Shown in pieces: positions 25,659 to 40,129 of a DNA stretch of 64,000 nucleotides; position 1 is the stretch's first letter, and each line of letters starts with the position of its first letter. Source of the stretch: Eledone cirrhosa. Taxonomy: Eukaryota. The notes under the pieces were generated by a model that was not told where the DNA came from, searched no databases, and was given only the letters and a program-made list of their open reading frames with translations. Both the position numbers and the translations under genes were made by a program. The stretch lies in NCBI GenBank assembly GCA_964016885.1, contig CAXHJY010000286.1, positions 1 through 64,000 on the forward strand, given 5' to 3'.

Positions 25659-26025
25659 GGGTGGTAGATTGGCAGTATCAGTAGAGGGTCGGACAACATG
25701 CTTTGCAGCATAGAGTTATGTCCCTTTAAGGTCTGAGTTCAAATCCCGCCGAGGTTAACTTTGCCTTTCATCTTTACGGGGTCGATGAAATAAAGTACCA
25801 GTAATGCACTGAGTAATTGCTGGCCTTGTGCCAAAAGTAGAAACAATCATTTCTACTTAAGGGCCGAAGGGCGGGGGATTGGCAGTATCGGTAGAGGGTC
25901 GGACGCCATGCTTTCCGGCATAGTTACGTCCCTTTATAGACTGAGTTCAAATCCTGCCGAGGTTAACTTTGCCTTTCATCCTTAAGGGGTAATTGCTGGC
26001 CTTGTGCTAAAAGTAGAAACAATTA
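25659..26025 (+). mobile_element. Two adjacent SINEs of the main family
   Basis: Two heads; tttctacttaaggg duplicated at 25648 and 25850. Confidence 0.9.
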
Positions 26026-26537
26026 TTATTACTTTAACAAGGTCCATTTTGTTGCAAACATTCGGACAAGGTTTCATGTTTGAGAATTACTCCATATGTA
26101 GCTGTAGAATTACTTCATACTGATCTAACATATTTTTATCTCCGACCATTCTTCTTCGCCTTCGCCTTCTTCTTTGCCTTCTTCGCGTTCTTCTTCGCCT
26201 TCTTCTTTGCCTTCGCCTTCTTCTTGGCCTTCTTCTTTGCCTTCTTCTTCGCCCTCTTCTTGATGGTACTGGGGCTGTCCTTGGTCAGTGATCCGAGAGG
26301 TGTGATCGTGTATAGGGCCGACCATCACTTTCACCCTCAACCATCACTCCCCCCCCCCCCAGGTCATAGACACTGCCCTTTGTTTTTTTCCTTTGGCAAA
26401 GCCACAAACCAAATTAAACACTGCTATGTCTTAGCTTACAGAAGCAATTACTAACTCTCTCTCTTTCTCTCTCTTTCTCTCTCTCAAAAATGAGGTTTCT
26501 TTTAAAATAAAAAATGAGCTGTCCTCCACCTGTGAAA

Positions 26538-26640
26538 ATAAAAGGAAAACAAATCGAAAATGCAACTGGAGTCTTTTTAAGAATATTAAGGAAACAAATA
26601 AATATTCTTAAAGACTCCAGTTTCGATTTCGTTTCTTTAT
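26538..26640. repeat. Degenerate fold-back abutting (TA)n
   Basis: aactggagtcttt(tt)aagaatatt / aatattcttaaagactccagtt. Confidence 0.7.
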
Positions 26641-26672
26641 ATATAATATATATATATATATATATAAATAAA

Positions 26673-27400
26673 TCTGTATATATATAAAATTAAGTATGTG
26701 TGTGTGTCTGTGTGTTACCTATAGGGGCCTACATCTTACGACCGATTTTCATGAAACTTTACAGGCTCATAGATTAGTCATCGGGGAGTGTTTTCTATAT
26801 ATCAGCGTATCGTTTTTTTTTTATTCCGGGGTCATTCTGCAGATAAAAAATCGATAGGGGTGGGGCACCTTTTTTTAGGTATCGAAAAATAAGATTTTTG
26901 GCTCTAGCTCCCACATTTTGCCACGGATTTCGTTCAAATTTTAAAGCAAAATAGAATTTATCATTGCACATCCTGTAATGGCTTTATATTTTGCATTTAT
27001 TGTTCAGGAACGGCGTGGCAGCCGCTTAAATATTCAAAAATACTACTTTTAGACTCAAATTTCCACTTTTTCGGCTCTAGCTCCCACATTAATCAACCTA
27101 CTTTGTTCAAAGTTTACACTACGCCAGATCTGATTATTTCACGTCTTAAAGTGGCTTTACGATTTGGATTTTTTTTCTTCAGGAACGGCGTGGCAGTCGC
27201 TTAAATATTCGAAAATACCACCTTTTCGCTCAAATTTTACGCCTTTTCGGCTCTAGCTCCCACATTTTTCAACCGCTTTCGTTCAAATTCTAAACTTCGG
27301 TTCCACCTCATAAATCAATTTATTTGGTTCAACTTTTATACTACGATAGAACCTATCATTGCACATCTTATAGATGGTCAAAGGCAAAACGATGGCCACT
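26673..27400 (+). mobile_element. Non-autonomous Helitron-like element with three ~175-bp internal repeats
   Basis: 5' a|TCtgtatatatataaaa..(gt)n..accgattttcatgaaact; ggctctagctcccacatt at ~26900, 27073 and 27249; 3' end not found. Confidence 0.6.
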
Positions 27401-28038
27401 GACGTCGTCTGAGCTTTTAGTTGTGCATTAAACAAAAATTTGATTGTTTTATATTTTGTATATCTCCTCTGTAATACTTCTGATAATTTACATTGAGCTA
27501 ATTTTCTTACTGGTAATTGGGTAATACAAAATATTACCCTTTCTTATTTATAATTGTATATAGATTATATATATAAGTATAAATACTATTATATGTGTGT
27601 GTGTGTGTTGTCGGAGAAAAATATTATTATTAGAACTAAAGATTGTTGGCTACAATTTGTTTCTTTTAGTTATCATAAATGTGGTTAGTCATTATTTAGT
27701 AATAGAAATGAGGTAGGAACTTTAATGAAAGATAAAATACTTGGACTATCTTGTTCGGTGCCTTAGCCTTACATTTAAGTCCCATCGGACCAGATTAGGT
27801 TTGCTGTTCCTCTCTCAGGAGTCGTTACCATATGCACCAGTAATACATTAAGAAACTATTATAATGCCTTCCCTTTCTTTCTTTCTTTGTCTTTGTTTGT
27901 TTGTTTGTTTCTTTCTTTCTTGTTCTCGAGTGTACATAGCTTGATGTAAACACACACACACACACATTACACACCCTACCCCCCACATACACACATATGT
28001 ACATGTATATATATATATATTGTTATGCTTTAGGCGGG

Positions 28039-28039
<1 letters not shown>

Positions 28040-28096
<57 letters not shown>

Positions 28097-28195
28097 CTCT
28101 TTCTCTCTCTTTCTATATATATATATGTATGTATATGTGTATATGTATGTATATACTCGCATACCTATGCACACATAAATTGGTTGTGTATGAGA

Positions 28196-28226
<31 letters not shown>

Positions 28227-28320
28227 TATGTATGTATATATATATATATATATATGTGTGTATATATATATGTATATATATATATGTGTGTATATATATA
28301 TGTATATATACATATGTGTG

Positions 28321-28351
<31 letters not shown>

Positions 28352-28358
28352 GCGTGTG

Positions 28359-28409
<51 letters not shown>

Positions 28410-28464
28410 GTATGTATATATATATATGTATGTATGTATGTATGTATATATATATATATATATA

Positions 28465-28503
<39 letters not shown>

Positions 28504-28528
28504 ATATATATATATATATATGTGTGTG

Positions 28529-28561
<33 letters not shown>

Positions 28562-28690
28562 ATATATATATATATGTGTGTGTGTGTATATATATATATA
28601 TGTGTGTGTGTGTATATATATATATATGTGTGTGTGTGTATATATATATATATGTGTGTGTGTGTGTATATATATATATATGTGTGTGTG

Positions 28691-28751
<61 letters not shown>

Positions 28752-28766
28752 ATATATATATATATA

Positions 28767-28797
<31 letters not shown>

Positions 28798-28844
28798 GTG
28801 TGTGTGTATATATATATATATGTGTGTGTGTATATATATATATA

Positions 28845-28889
<45 letters not shown>

Positions 28890-28924
28890 ATATATATATA
28901 TATATGTGTGTGTGTATATATATA

Positions 28925-28965
<41 letters not shown>

Positions 28966-29002
28966 ATATATATATATATATGTGTGTATATATATATATA
29001 TA

Positions 29003-29043
<41 letters not shown>

Positions 29044-29082
29044 ATATATATATATATGTGTGCGTGTGTATATATATATATA

Positions 29083-29115
<33 letters not shown>

Positions 29116-29140
29116 GTGTGTATATATATATATATATATG
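28040..29140. repeat. Compound TA/TG microsatellite
   Basis: Direct inspection. Confidence 0.95.
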
Positions 29141-29160
29141 TTTATGACATATGTTTATTA

Positions 29161-29770
29161 TGTCAGGTCACCAGTTGGTGCTACTGGTAACATGTATCCC
29201 AGTACAACCTGTCTCATGGTCGGGTCGTTGGCGACTAAACTGGCAACCCACCAAGGTTTCTTGGTGAGGAGGGTGACTTTGGACATCCTGCAGGACTAAA
29301 AACAAAACCTGTCAAAGGGCAAAGGAGCTCTTAAGAGTCAATGGCCATCCAAAATCACCGGGAGAGATGACCCCTTAGCCTTTGTCAAGGCAGAATTCTA
29401 GGAGAAGGAAAACTCTGATATAACACCTGCAACCCTGATGGTATCCAATGATGTTGACTTGTTCTTCTTTTTGGTAAATATCATCTTGGTTAAGAGAGTG
29501 GGACTGGCTTTGTGCAGTGCCTTTGCTCACTATAAAAGCTTCACGGCACAGGCATTGCTTTATATCTGGAGATCTCTCTGCACTTGTCCTCACATGGTAC
29601 CATGGGCCCAGCACTATGTGTCAATAATTGTCACAAGTGTAGTGTTTGTACCAGAGTTTTCAAGTCGCTGGCTGGACTAAAAAGTCACACTCGTTCAGCG
29701 CTTCGGTAGGGGTTCTCCTACATGGATATAAAGTAGTGGCCGTACTCGAAAACGAGTTGGCAGCCACCAT
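29161..29770 (+). mobile_element. ~610-bp element, full length
   Basis: Reference copy; 3' hairpin actcg-aaaa-cgagt; TA flanks. Confidence 0.9.
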
Positions 29771-31853
<2,083 letters not shown>

Positions 31854-31969
31854 CATTATGTATACACTTCTTATAACCGTGTGGACATACTACAGAATCT
31901 TTTACAGTGTGATATATGCAACCATTAAAAAATATGGTACATTAAAAGTACGTCTGCTGTTAGAGGCGG

Positions 31970-32175
31970 GGTGTGTGTGTGTGTATTTTTGAGAGGGACG
32001 GAGGGACAGTGTGTGTGTATGTGTGTGTGTGTGTGTGTGTATGTATGTGAAAGTGTGTGTTTTTGAGAGGGGCGGAGGGACAGTGTGTGTGTGTGTGTGA
32101 AAGTGTGTGTTTTTGAGAGGGGCGGACGGAGTGTGTGTGTGTGTGTGTGTTGAGAGGAGCGGGGGGACAGCGTGT
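31970..32175. repeat. Short minisatellite, (gt)n-tttttgagagggg-cggaggga x4
   Basis: Direct inspection. Confidence 0.8.
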
Positions 32176-32194
32176 GCATGCGTGAGCGTGTGTT

Positions 32195-32240
<46 letters not shown>

Positions 32241-32486
32241 GACATATGTACGTTTCGAGTTCCCAAGTCCATATCAATGAAATAGAATTTCCGCCTAATT
32301 ACATATGGTAATTTATTGGCAATATTTATCATTTTAACATATTTAGAATCGCGTATGTATGTGTATGTGTATGTGTGTGCGTATATATATATGCATTCAC
32401 ATATGCATGTGTGTTTATGTATATGTAATGCAAATGACTAAGATTTTATAAATGCAGACCGTATTATGAATGCATAATTTTAAGTA

Positions 32487-32529
<43 letters not shown>

Positions 32530-32534
<5 letters not shown>

Positions 32535-32560
32535 GTGTATGAGTAGAGAGGGATATATGC

Positions 32561-32612
<52 letters not shown>

Positions 32613-32631
32613 ATGAGAAGAGAGGGATATA

Positions 32632-32676
<45 letters not shown>

Positions 32677-32933
32677 CGAAGGAAATGTGGTAAGGAACCA
32701 GGTGGACCATAACGCACCAAAGTACTCAATACTTGAGGTAGTAGAGTGGATAATAGGAACCAGTAAGACCCCGACAGCTGAGCTCAAGCCGTTTCGACGG
32801 CTAATTCTGGACTCAATTAGTCCAGAATTAGCCGTCGAAACGGCTTGAGCTCAGCTGTCGGGGTCTTACTGGTTCCTCTATATATATATATATGTATATA
32901 TATATATAATGTGTATGAGAAGAGAGGGATATA

Positions 32934-32965
<32 letters not shown>

Positions 32966-32988
32966 GTGTATGAGAAGAGAGGGATATA

Positions 32989-33023
<35 letters not shown>

Positions 33024-33051
33024 CTAATGTGTATGAGAAGAGAGGGATATA

Positions 33052-33085
<34 letters not shown>

Positions 33086-33108
33086 GTGTATGAGAAGAGA
33101 GGGATATA

Positions 33109-33140
<32 letters not shown>

Positions 33141-33165
33141 ATGTGTATGAGTAGAGAGGGATATA

Positions 33166-33199
<34 letters not shown>

Positions 33200-33238
33200 A
33201 ATATATATATATAATGTGTATGAGAAGAGAGGGATATA

Positions 33239-33278
<40 letters not shown>

Positions 33279-33303
33279 ATGTGTATGAGAAGAGAGGGAT
33301 ATA

Positions 33304-33337
<34 letters not shown>

Positions 33338-33362
33338 ATGTGTATGAGAAGAGAGGGATATA

Positions 33363-33400
<38 letters not shown>

Positions 33401-33421
33401 ATGTGTATGAGAAGAGAGGGA

Positions 33422-33457
<36 letters not shown>

Positions 33458-33482
33458 ATGTGTATGAGAAGAGAGGGATATA

Positions 33483-33552
<70 letters not shown>

Positions 33553-33575
33553 GTGTATGAGAAGAGAGGGATATA

Positions 33576-33613
<38 letters not shown>

Positions 33614-33634
33614 ATGTGTATGAGTAGAGAGGGA

Positions 33635-33690
<56 letters not shown>

Positions 33691-33745
33691 TATATATATA
33701 ATGTGTATGAGAAGAGAGGGATATATGCGTGTGTGTATATATATA
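32530..33745. repeat. Minisatellite with a constant aatgtgtatgagaagagagggatatat core and variable (TG)n(TA)n
   Basis: About 16 cores; interrupted by the element at 32675-32880. Confidence 0.95.
32675..32880 (-). mobile_element. Fold-back element with perfect 59-bp arms (32755-32877)
   Basis: Exact inverted arms with a 5-nt loop (caatt); same family as 1656 and 23588. Confidence 0.85.
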
Positions 33746-33936
33746 AGTAAAGGAGTAGAGAGGAAGAACTCATACACACATATATACATGTATACATGCA
33801 TACATACAAACATAATTACATGCATACGCATATACTACATACACACAATGCATTACAAACCAGAATTGGAGAATGTTAAATTAATCACAAGCTCCACTGT
33901 GAAACACTGTAATTTTTTATATGTGATGAAAATACT

Positions 33937-34123
33937 TGTTTCTACTTTAGGCACAAGGCCAGCAATTACCCAGTGCATTACTGGTACTTTATTTTATCGA
34001 CCCCGTAAGGATGAAAGGCAAAGTCAACCTCGGCGGGATTTGAACTCAGATCGTAAAGGGACGTAACTATGCTTGAAAGCATGGCGTCCGACCCTCTACC
34101 GATACTGCCAATCCAATCCACCC
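33937..34123 (-). mobile_element. Full-length SINE with target-site duplication
   Basis: atatgtgatgaaaatact at 33919 and 34124. Confidence 0.92.
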
Positions 34124-34439
34124 ATATGTGATGAAAATACTGTCGTGAAAACAATTTGTTTGCTTATTAATCTTTGTTTGAATTGAAATAGCCATTGACT
34201 TGTTTGGGTTTCGATCTTAGTTCGTATCGCCCTGGTAAACTGCGTATACAGCTTTCTCTGGCCACAGTACAATTCATAACCACTGAACCAGGTGGTTACC
34301 ATTAATCGGGAAATCTGATTTGCATAAATAGTGTAATAAAGCCTCTCCATTTGCATTTCGATCGGGATCGCCGTTTCTACCAATCCCCCCTTTCCATGTC
34401 AGTGTTAACCTGTGACTTGAAGTTTTCCCATTAAGATAT

Positions 34440-34860
34440 ATGACCCAGCCATATCGACAGCTAACGGTACAGTGACCTCATCAAATCGGACTCTCTGTTT
34501 GGCGCATAAACTTGCACCAACCATAGAGATCTTTCTTTCAGCCCAAGATTCAAGAGACAAATCCCCACTCTTAGTGGGATACAGACCATAACATATCCGA
34601 CAGCCGGGGACTTGTGAATAGCTACTTCCTCACCTGTGCAGTCATTTCTGGAATCACACATGGAGAGTAGTTTCCAGCCTCCATCCAAATATTCGGTACC
34701 AGATCCACGGGTGGGACTTTGCTGAGGAAAACTCGACGATATCTAGCCAATAAGGTCTGGATTCCTTCATTAGTTTCTGCTACTTGTTGTAAGGGTTGTA
34801 ATGTTCCAGTTGTCAATGGTTAAGGTTTGCTGTCTTCTGGACCCTCTTTGGTGTCTCGGG
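34440..34860 (-). mobile_element. Decayed RTE APE-endonuclease fragment
   Basis: AVGYVM..GICLLNLGLKERSLWLVQVYAPN. Confidence 0.55.
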
Positions 34861-35049
34861 AAACGAAACCGTTGTGTGTCCATCTCAAAAGGTATTCTCT
34901 GGCTGACTCGTGTGAGCTGGAAAGCCTGGATCTCTTGAAAAAGCTCCAAAACAATGGCAATCAGGAGTGATAATTCTAATTTTCAAAGCGGAAAACAAGA
35001 GAGATTGCTCTAATTATAGAGGAAAACTGGCGGATCTAGGATCTGTCGG

Positions 35050-35320
35050 CTGGAATTGCAGACGACATGGTATAACTTAACTCGTCGAAAGGTGATCTCC
35101 AACATGCACTTGATAGGTTTGCTGCTAATTGCTGCTGCATGGCTGAAATGAAAATCAATGCTGTGAAGACTGAGACACTTGTCCTCTCAAGGAAACATGT
35201 TCAGTGCAGTCAGTATTGAATCGGGTGGAGAATTTCAAGTATCTCAAGGTCTTTTCATGAGTGAGAGAAGACAGTAGGCAGAAGGAATTAATAGCAAGAA
35301 TTGCAGGAGCTGGTGTAGTA
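35050..35320 (+). mobile_element. Decayed RTE RT fragment
   Basis: GDLQHALDRF..MKINAVKTETLVLSRK..VENFKYL across frame breaks. Confidence 0.55.
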
Positions 35321-35443
35321 TGGAAATAATTACTAGACGAAGAAGAAGAAATATTACAAGTTTAAATCGTAATGTCATCGCTCTCCAGTTGTCGAACCAC
35401 CAAGTGATATACGCAGACGTCAATAAAACCCATATAAACAGCA

Positions 35444-36010
35444 TGGCCTAATGATTAGGGTGGTGTACTTACGATCATGAAGGCGAATGGCTTAGTGGTT
35501 AGAGCGTTGGGCTTACAATCATGAGGTTGCGAGTACGATCCTCAGAACGCCGGGATTTGCGTTGTGTTCTTGAACAAGATACTTTATTTCACATTGCTCA
35601 AGTTCACTCAGCTGTAGAAATGAGTTGTCATGTCACTGGTGCCAAGCTGTATCGGCCATCGCCTTTCTTTCCCTTGGACAACATCAGTGGCATGGAGTGG
35701 AGTGGAGTGGAGAGGCGTGAATGGTTGATTGCTGGTCTTCCACGAACAACCTTGCCTTGCCCGGACTTGTGCTTTGGGGGTGGGGGAACGTTCTAGGTGC
35801 AAATCTCATGGTCATTCGTGACCGAATGGGGGTCTTTAGCCTTTACTTACGAAAGCAAGGTCTTAGGTTCGATTCCAGGATCAAGTGACGCGTTAACTTT
35901 ATAACTTTGAGCAAAATACTTTCCCGTTGCTCCTTCTGCCAGGAGTTACGACAGGCAGACACATCAATGGAAACATTATTTCCTTGGTCCGATCTGACAA
36001 CAATCAGCCC
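35444..36010 (+). mobile_element. Nested CORE-like SINEs (inner copy ~35482-35845)
   Basis: A box tggcttagtggttaga; ttcttgaacaagatactttatttcac; tacttacga duplicated at both sides of the inner copy. Confidence 0.7.
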
Positions 36011-36182
36011 GTTTCCTTAGATATATATATATATGCCGACTGCTATATCTGATTTGCTAAGCTGTCTGAACGTAATGTTATTACTCTGGGGTCTTACCCC
36101 ATCCGAGTGCTAAAGCTACAGACCGATTATGCATATACGCTAGCTTGGCCGTATACTAAAGCTTCGTCAATGCTGTACTAAA

Positions 36183-36227
<45 letters not shown>

Positions 36228-36314
36228 TCTTCTCCATATATATCTATATAAACTTCTCCATATATATCTATATAAACTTCTTCTCCATATATCTATATAT
36301 ATATATATATATAA

Positions 36315-36812
36315 TATGTGCATGTCCCAACGCAATTAACTATATGTAATAGTTAGGAAAATCGTGAAAACTGAAAAATGTGGACAGAGGCACCTACGAG
36401 GAATCGAACTCCGCATCTCTTGGATGTTGGGCGATTGCGCTCATGCTTTTTAAATCAACCACTTTGTTTACTCTTCGAACGGGTTTAAAATCTTCTAAAA
36501 TGTCGGAATTGGTGGCCAGTGGCTTTTTAGCGGAGTGATTAACGATGTAGTTCGGCACTCGAGATATACGGAGTTCGATTCTTTCTCCTCTATATTCAAT
36601 CTCCAGGGCTACTTTAGGCTGTTCCGTTGAACAAAAAGTTGGTAGACTCATCGTCGAAACCGACGAAAGTCCATTCCGTTTCTGACCACACAGAAAATAA
36701 TCTCTACTGTTAGGTACATTTAGCTTGAAACGAGAACATCTTTGCCCCGACAAATTAAAATAATCGTCTGGATCTCAGCTAACATGTCTATTGTGATAAA
36801 GTTTAGACAAAT
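36315..36812. other. Microsatellite-flanked island with a divergent pair of tRNA-like heads
   Basis: Minus-strand B box gagttcgattcct (~36398-36411); plus-strand tagcggagtga..ggagttcgattc (~36528-36581). Confidence 0.5.
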
Positions 36813-36814
36813 AT

Positions 36815-37790
36815 AACGCCACCAACACTACCACCACTGCCACCACTACCAACACTATCACCGCTGCCATCACTACCACCACTACCAACACTACCACCAC
36901 TGCCACCACTACCACTACCACCACCACTACCACCACTACCACCACTACCAACACTACCAACACTACCAACACTGCCACCACTACCACCACTACTACCACC
37001 ACTACCAACACTACGAACACTACCACCACTGCCACCACTACCACCACTACTACCACCACTACCACCACTACGAACACTACCACCACTGCCACCACTACCA
37101 CCACTACTACCACCACTACCACCACTACCACCACTACGAACACTACCACCACTGCCACCACTACCACAACTACTACCACCACTACCACCACTACCAACAC
37201 TACCACCACTACCAACACTACCACCACTGCCACCACTACCACCACTACTACCACCACTACCACCACTACCACCACTACGAACACTACCACCACTGCCACC
37301 ACTACCACAACTACTACCACCACTACCACCACTACCAACACTACCACCACTACCAACACTACCACCACTGCCACCACTACCAACACTACGAACACCACCA
37401 ACACTACCACCACTACTACCACCACTGCCACCACTACCACCACTACTACCACCACTACCACCACTACGAACACTACGAACACCACCAACACTACCACCAC
37501 TACCATTACCACCAACACTACCACCACCACCACCAACACTACCAACAACACCACCAACACTACCACCAACAACACCACCAACAACACCACCAACACTACC
37601 ACCACCACCAACAGAAACAACGGCAAAAACAGAAGCAGTGGGGGTGGCGGGGGTGTTAAAGACTGTAGTGGTGATGGTGGTGGCGTTGGTTGTTGTGGAG
37701 GTGGTAGTGGTGGAGGTGATGGTGGCGTTGGTAGTGGTGGAGGTGATGGCAGTGTTGATGGTAGTGAGGATTGTGGCGATGGTTGCACCG
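36815..37790. repeat. (ACC/ACT)n trinucleotide tract followed by a shorter (GGT)n tract
   Basis: Direct inspection. Confidence 0.95.
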
Positions 37791-37840
37791 AAAGATGCAC
37801 CAACAGAAACATCTCTCTCTCTCTCTCTTTCTCTCTTTCT

Positions 37841-37884
<44 letters not shown>

Positions 37885-37885
37885 T

Positions 37886-37918
<33 letters not shown>

Positions 37919-38559
37919 GAGATAGATAGAGGCAATATAGAATATAGACAAACAATAAAATTTGATAAACAAACTACTACTACTACTATTAACTAATGTG
38001 TGGTGGCGATGATGTTGGTGGGGGGGGGGGAGTACAAAACAGTAACCGGTGCCTTTTAAGTAAAGATGTATGTTTAATATATTCACTATCAAAATAGTCA
38101 TGTTGCCAGCTGCACTGTGCACTTGTTGATACAGAAGGCAGATATTAGGAGAAACAGGAACGGGAGTGAAAAAGAAAAGAAAAACTTAACTAAGGCAAAT
38201 TAGATCAGTTGTGTACTCATATGACTTGATTGAATTGAAGCTTCGTTTTACATGTAGATTATGTGGAACACATGTCTTGGAGATAATTTTGATTGTTATT
38301 AGATAACACGGAACTGATGACTTAAGAATCTCTGGTACATTTCAAAATTTGAGGCAAAAATGTACGGTTAGTGAAACAGACATTCACACGCATCTCACAC
38401 ACACAAATATATATATATATATATATATGGAAAGTTATATTTAAATTGTTGGGTTACAACTAGTAAATATTAATAACTGATATAAAAGCACTCGACAAGT
38501 ATTTGGAGTATATTTACGATATTAAATAAATGGAAACTATATTTATAAAACCATATTTA

Positions 38560-38621
38560 TTTCGTTATATATATTTCAGGGATATCATATTAACAATATG
38601 CTATGCCTTCCTCAGACAAAA
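38560..38621 (-). ncRNA. Type I hammerhead ribozyme
   Basis: Reverse complement of 39004-39065. Confidence 0.85.
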
Positions 38622-39003
38622 TACAATATAAACAGTTTTATAGATAAATAGATTTGACATACCGTACAACATCGACTTGTATTTGAAAAGTTGAATTGGC
38701 AGTGAAAAAATTGTAAATAGAAAGAAAGAAAGAGAGAAAAAAGAAAAGAAAGACAGAAAACGAAGAAAAAGAAGAAAAAGAAGAAAAAGAAGAAATGCAT
38801 GGAACAAAATAGAGAGATGGAAAGATAGATAAAGAGAAGAACTTCATGTAAAGAAACAGAGAGAGATATATATAGAGAGAGGAAATAGATAGAGATAGAT
38901 ATATATATAGAAAAATATGTAGTTGGACATCCAACTTTTCAAATACAAGTCGATGTTGTACGGTATGTCAAATCTATTTATCTATAAAACTGTTTATATT
39001 GTA

Positions 39004-39065
39004 TTTTGTCTGAGGAAGGCATAGCATATTGTTAATATGATATCCCTGAAATATATATAACGAAA
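39004..39065 (+). ncRNA. Type I hammerhead ribozyme
   Basis: ttttgt CTGAGGA agg-c-ata-g-catatt gtt aatatg-a-tat-c-cct GAAA tatata TA acgaaa. Confidence 0.85.
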
Positions 39066-39110
39066 TAAATATGGTTTTATAAATATAGTTTCCATTTATT
39101 TAATATCACA

Positions 39111-39195
<85 letters not shown>

Positions 39196-39212
39196 TTATC
39201 TATAAAAGGAAG

Positions 39213-39550
39213 AGGGCGGTGGATTGGCAGTATCGGTAGAGGGTCGGACGCCATGCTTTGCAGCAAAGAGTTACGGCCCTTTGTGGTCTGAGTTCAAATC
39301 CCGTCGAGGTTGACTTTGCCTTTCATCCTTACGGGGTCTATAAAATAAAGTACCAGTAATGTACTGGGATAATTGCTGGCCTTGTGCCTAAAGTAGAAAC
39401 AATTATCTATAAAAGGCAGGGCGGTGGATTGGCAGTATCGGTAGAGGGTCGGACGCCATGCTTTCCAGCATAGTTACGTCCCTTTACGATCTGAGTTCAA
39501 ATCCCGCCGAGGTTGACTTTGCCTTTCATCCTTACGGGGTCGATAAAACT
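39213..39550 (+). mobile_element. Two SINEs in tandem (39213-39401 with TSD; 39419-39550 lacking its tail)
   Basis: attatctataaaagg at 39195 and 39402. Confidence 0.9.
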
Positions 39551-40129
39551 AAATACATGACGCTTTACCCCTCTAATACAATCTGATATCCTCTCTCTAC
39601 TCCCCTTAAAAATCGAAAAATAAATACATGCTGCAACCTTCTCTTATATATACGCTTAAAATCTTTTTTTAAAACATCTATCATCCAACTCACGCACAAT
39701 TACATTTTGTGTATATTTACACGTTTATTTACACGTTTATTGAATGGAAAAAAAAAATCACATGGGAATTTTTGGCCAAACAACTTCAAATTGCTGACAG
39801 AAGCGCGCTTTCAACAAATTGTGGGTTATTTATTTGCCGTTCGTTCTCCCATTTTTTTCCCCTGCGGAACGCCGACAGTTTTCAGCCTTATACTTTTAAA
39901 GGCAATTTTGCTGTAGAAGTAACTTTCACCCTTTCTTTTTCACATAAAATGCCACCTACAAAGATAAGTCGCCTCGGTCGCCATACCGCGTCAGCGGCGG
40001 CGCAGAGGGCGATTACAGCAAACGAGTCGCCCGAAGGAAACTGCTTTAAGACTTTCACAGAGCGCCTTACGTTCAGCGGAATGCAGAGCTGCTGAAAGTT
40101 TTCAACAACGCACCGCACGCCTAGCCAAG

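Larger units (their letters stand above)
38430..39107. mobile_element. Penelope-like element with inverted pLTRs (176-bp arms, 38518-38693 / 38932-39107)
   Basis: Apparently exact inverted repeat with a 238-bp purine-rich spacer and a hammerhead in each arm. Confidence 0.8.

Noticed and set aside
26148-26262. Histone H1-like KKAK or acidic EEG coding tract on the minus strand
   Set aside because: Short TTC-derived repeat without a supported start, splice sites or globular domain
29161-29250. HDV-like ribozyme at the 5' end of the 610-bp element (GG-tcg..cga-Ctaa-actgg)
   Set aside because: Could not assign consistent P1, P3 and L3 by hand
32530-33745. CRISPR-like constant repeat with variable spacers
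   Set aside because: Spacers are only (TG)n(TA)n; eukaryotic context and no cas genes
38047-38121. Possible 75-bp minus-strand host exon (AQCSWQHDYFDSEYIKHTSLLKRH) after a long pyrimidine tract
   Set aside because: Donor gttact is weak and the peptide is unrecognisable; needs RNA-seq
36775-38122. Gly/Ser-rich and Val-rich ORFs
   Set aside because: Trinucleotide repeat read-through with no splice or domain support
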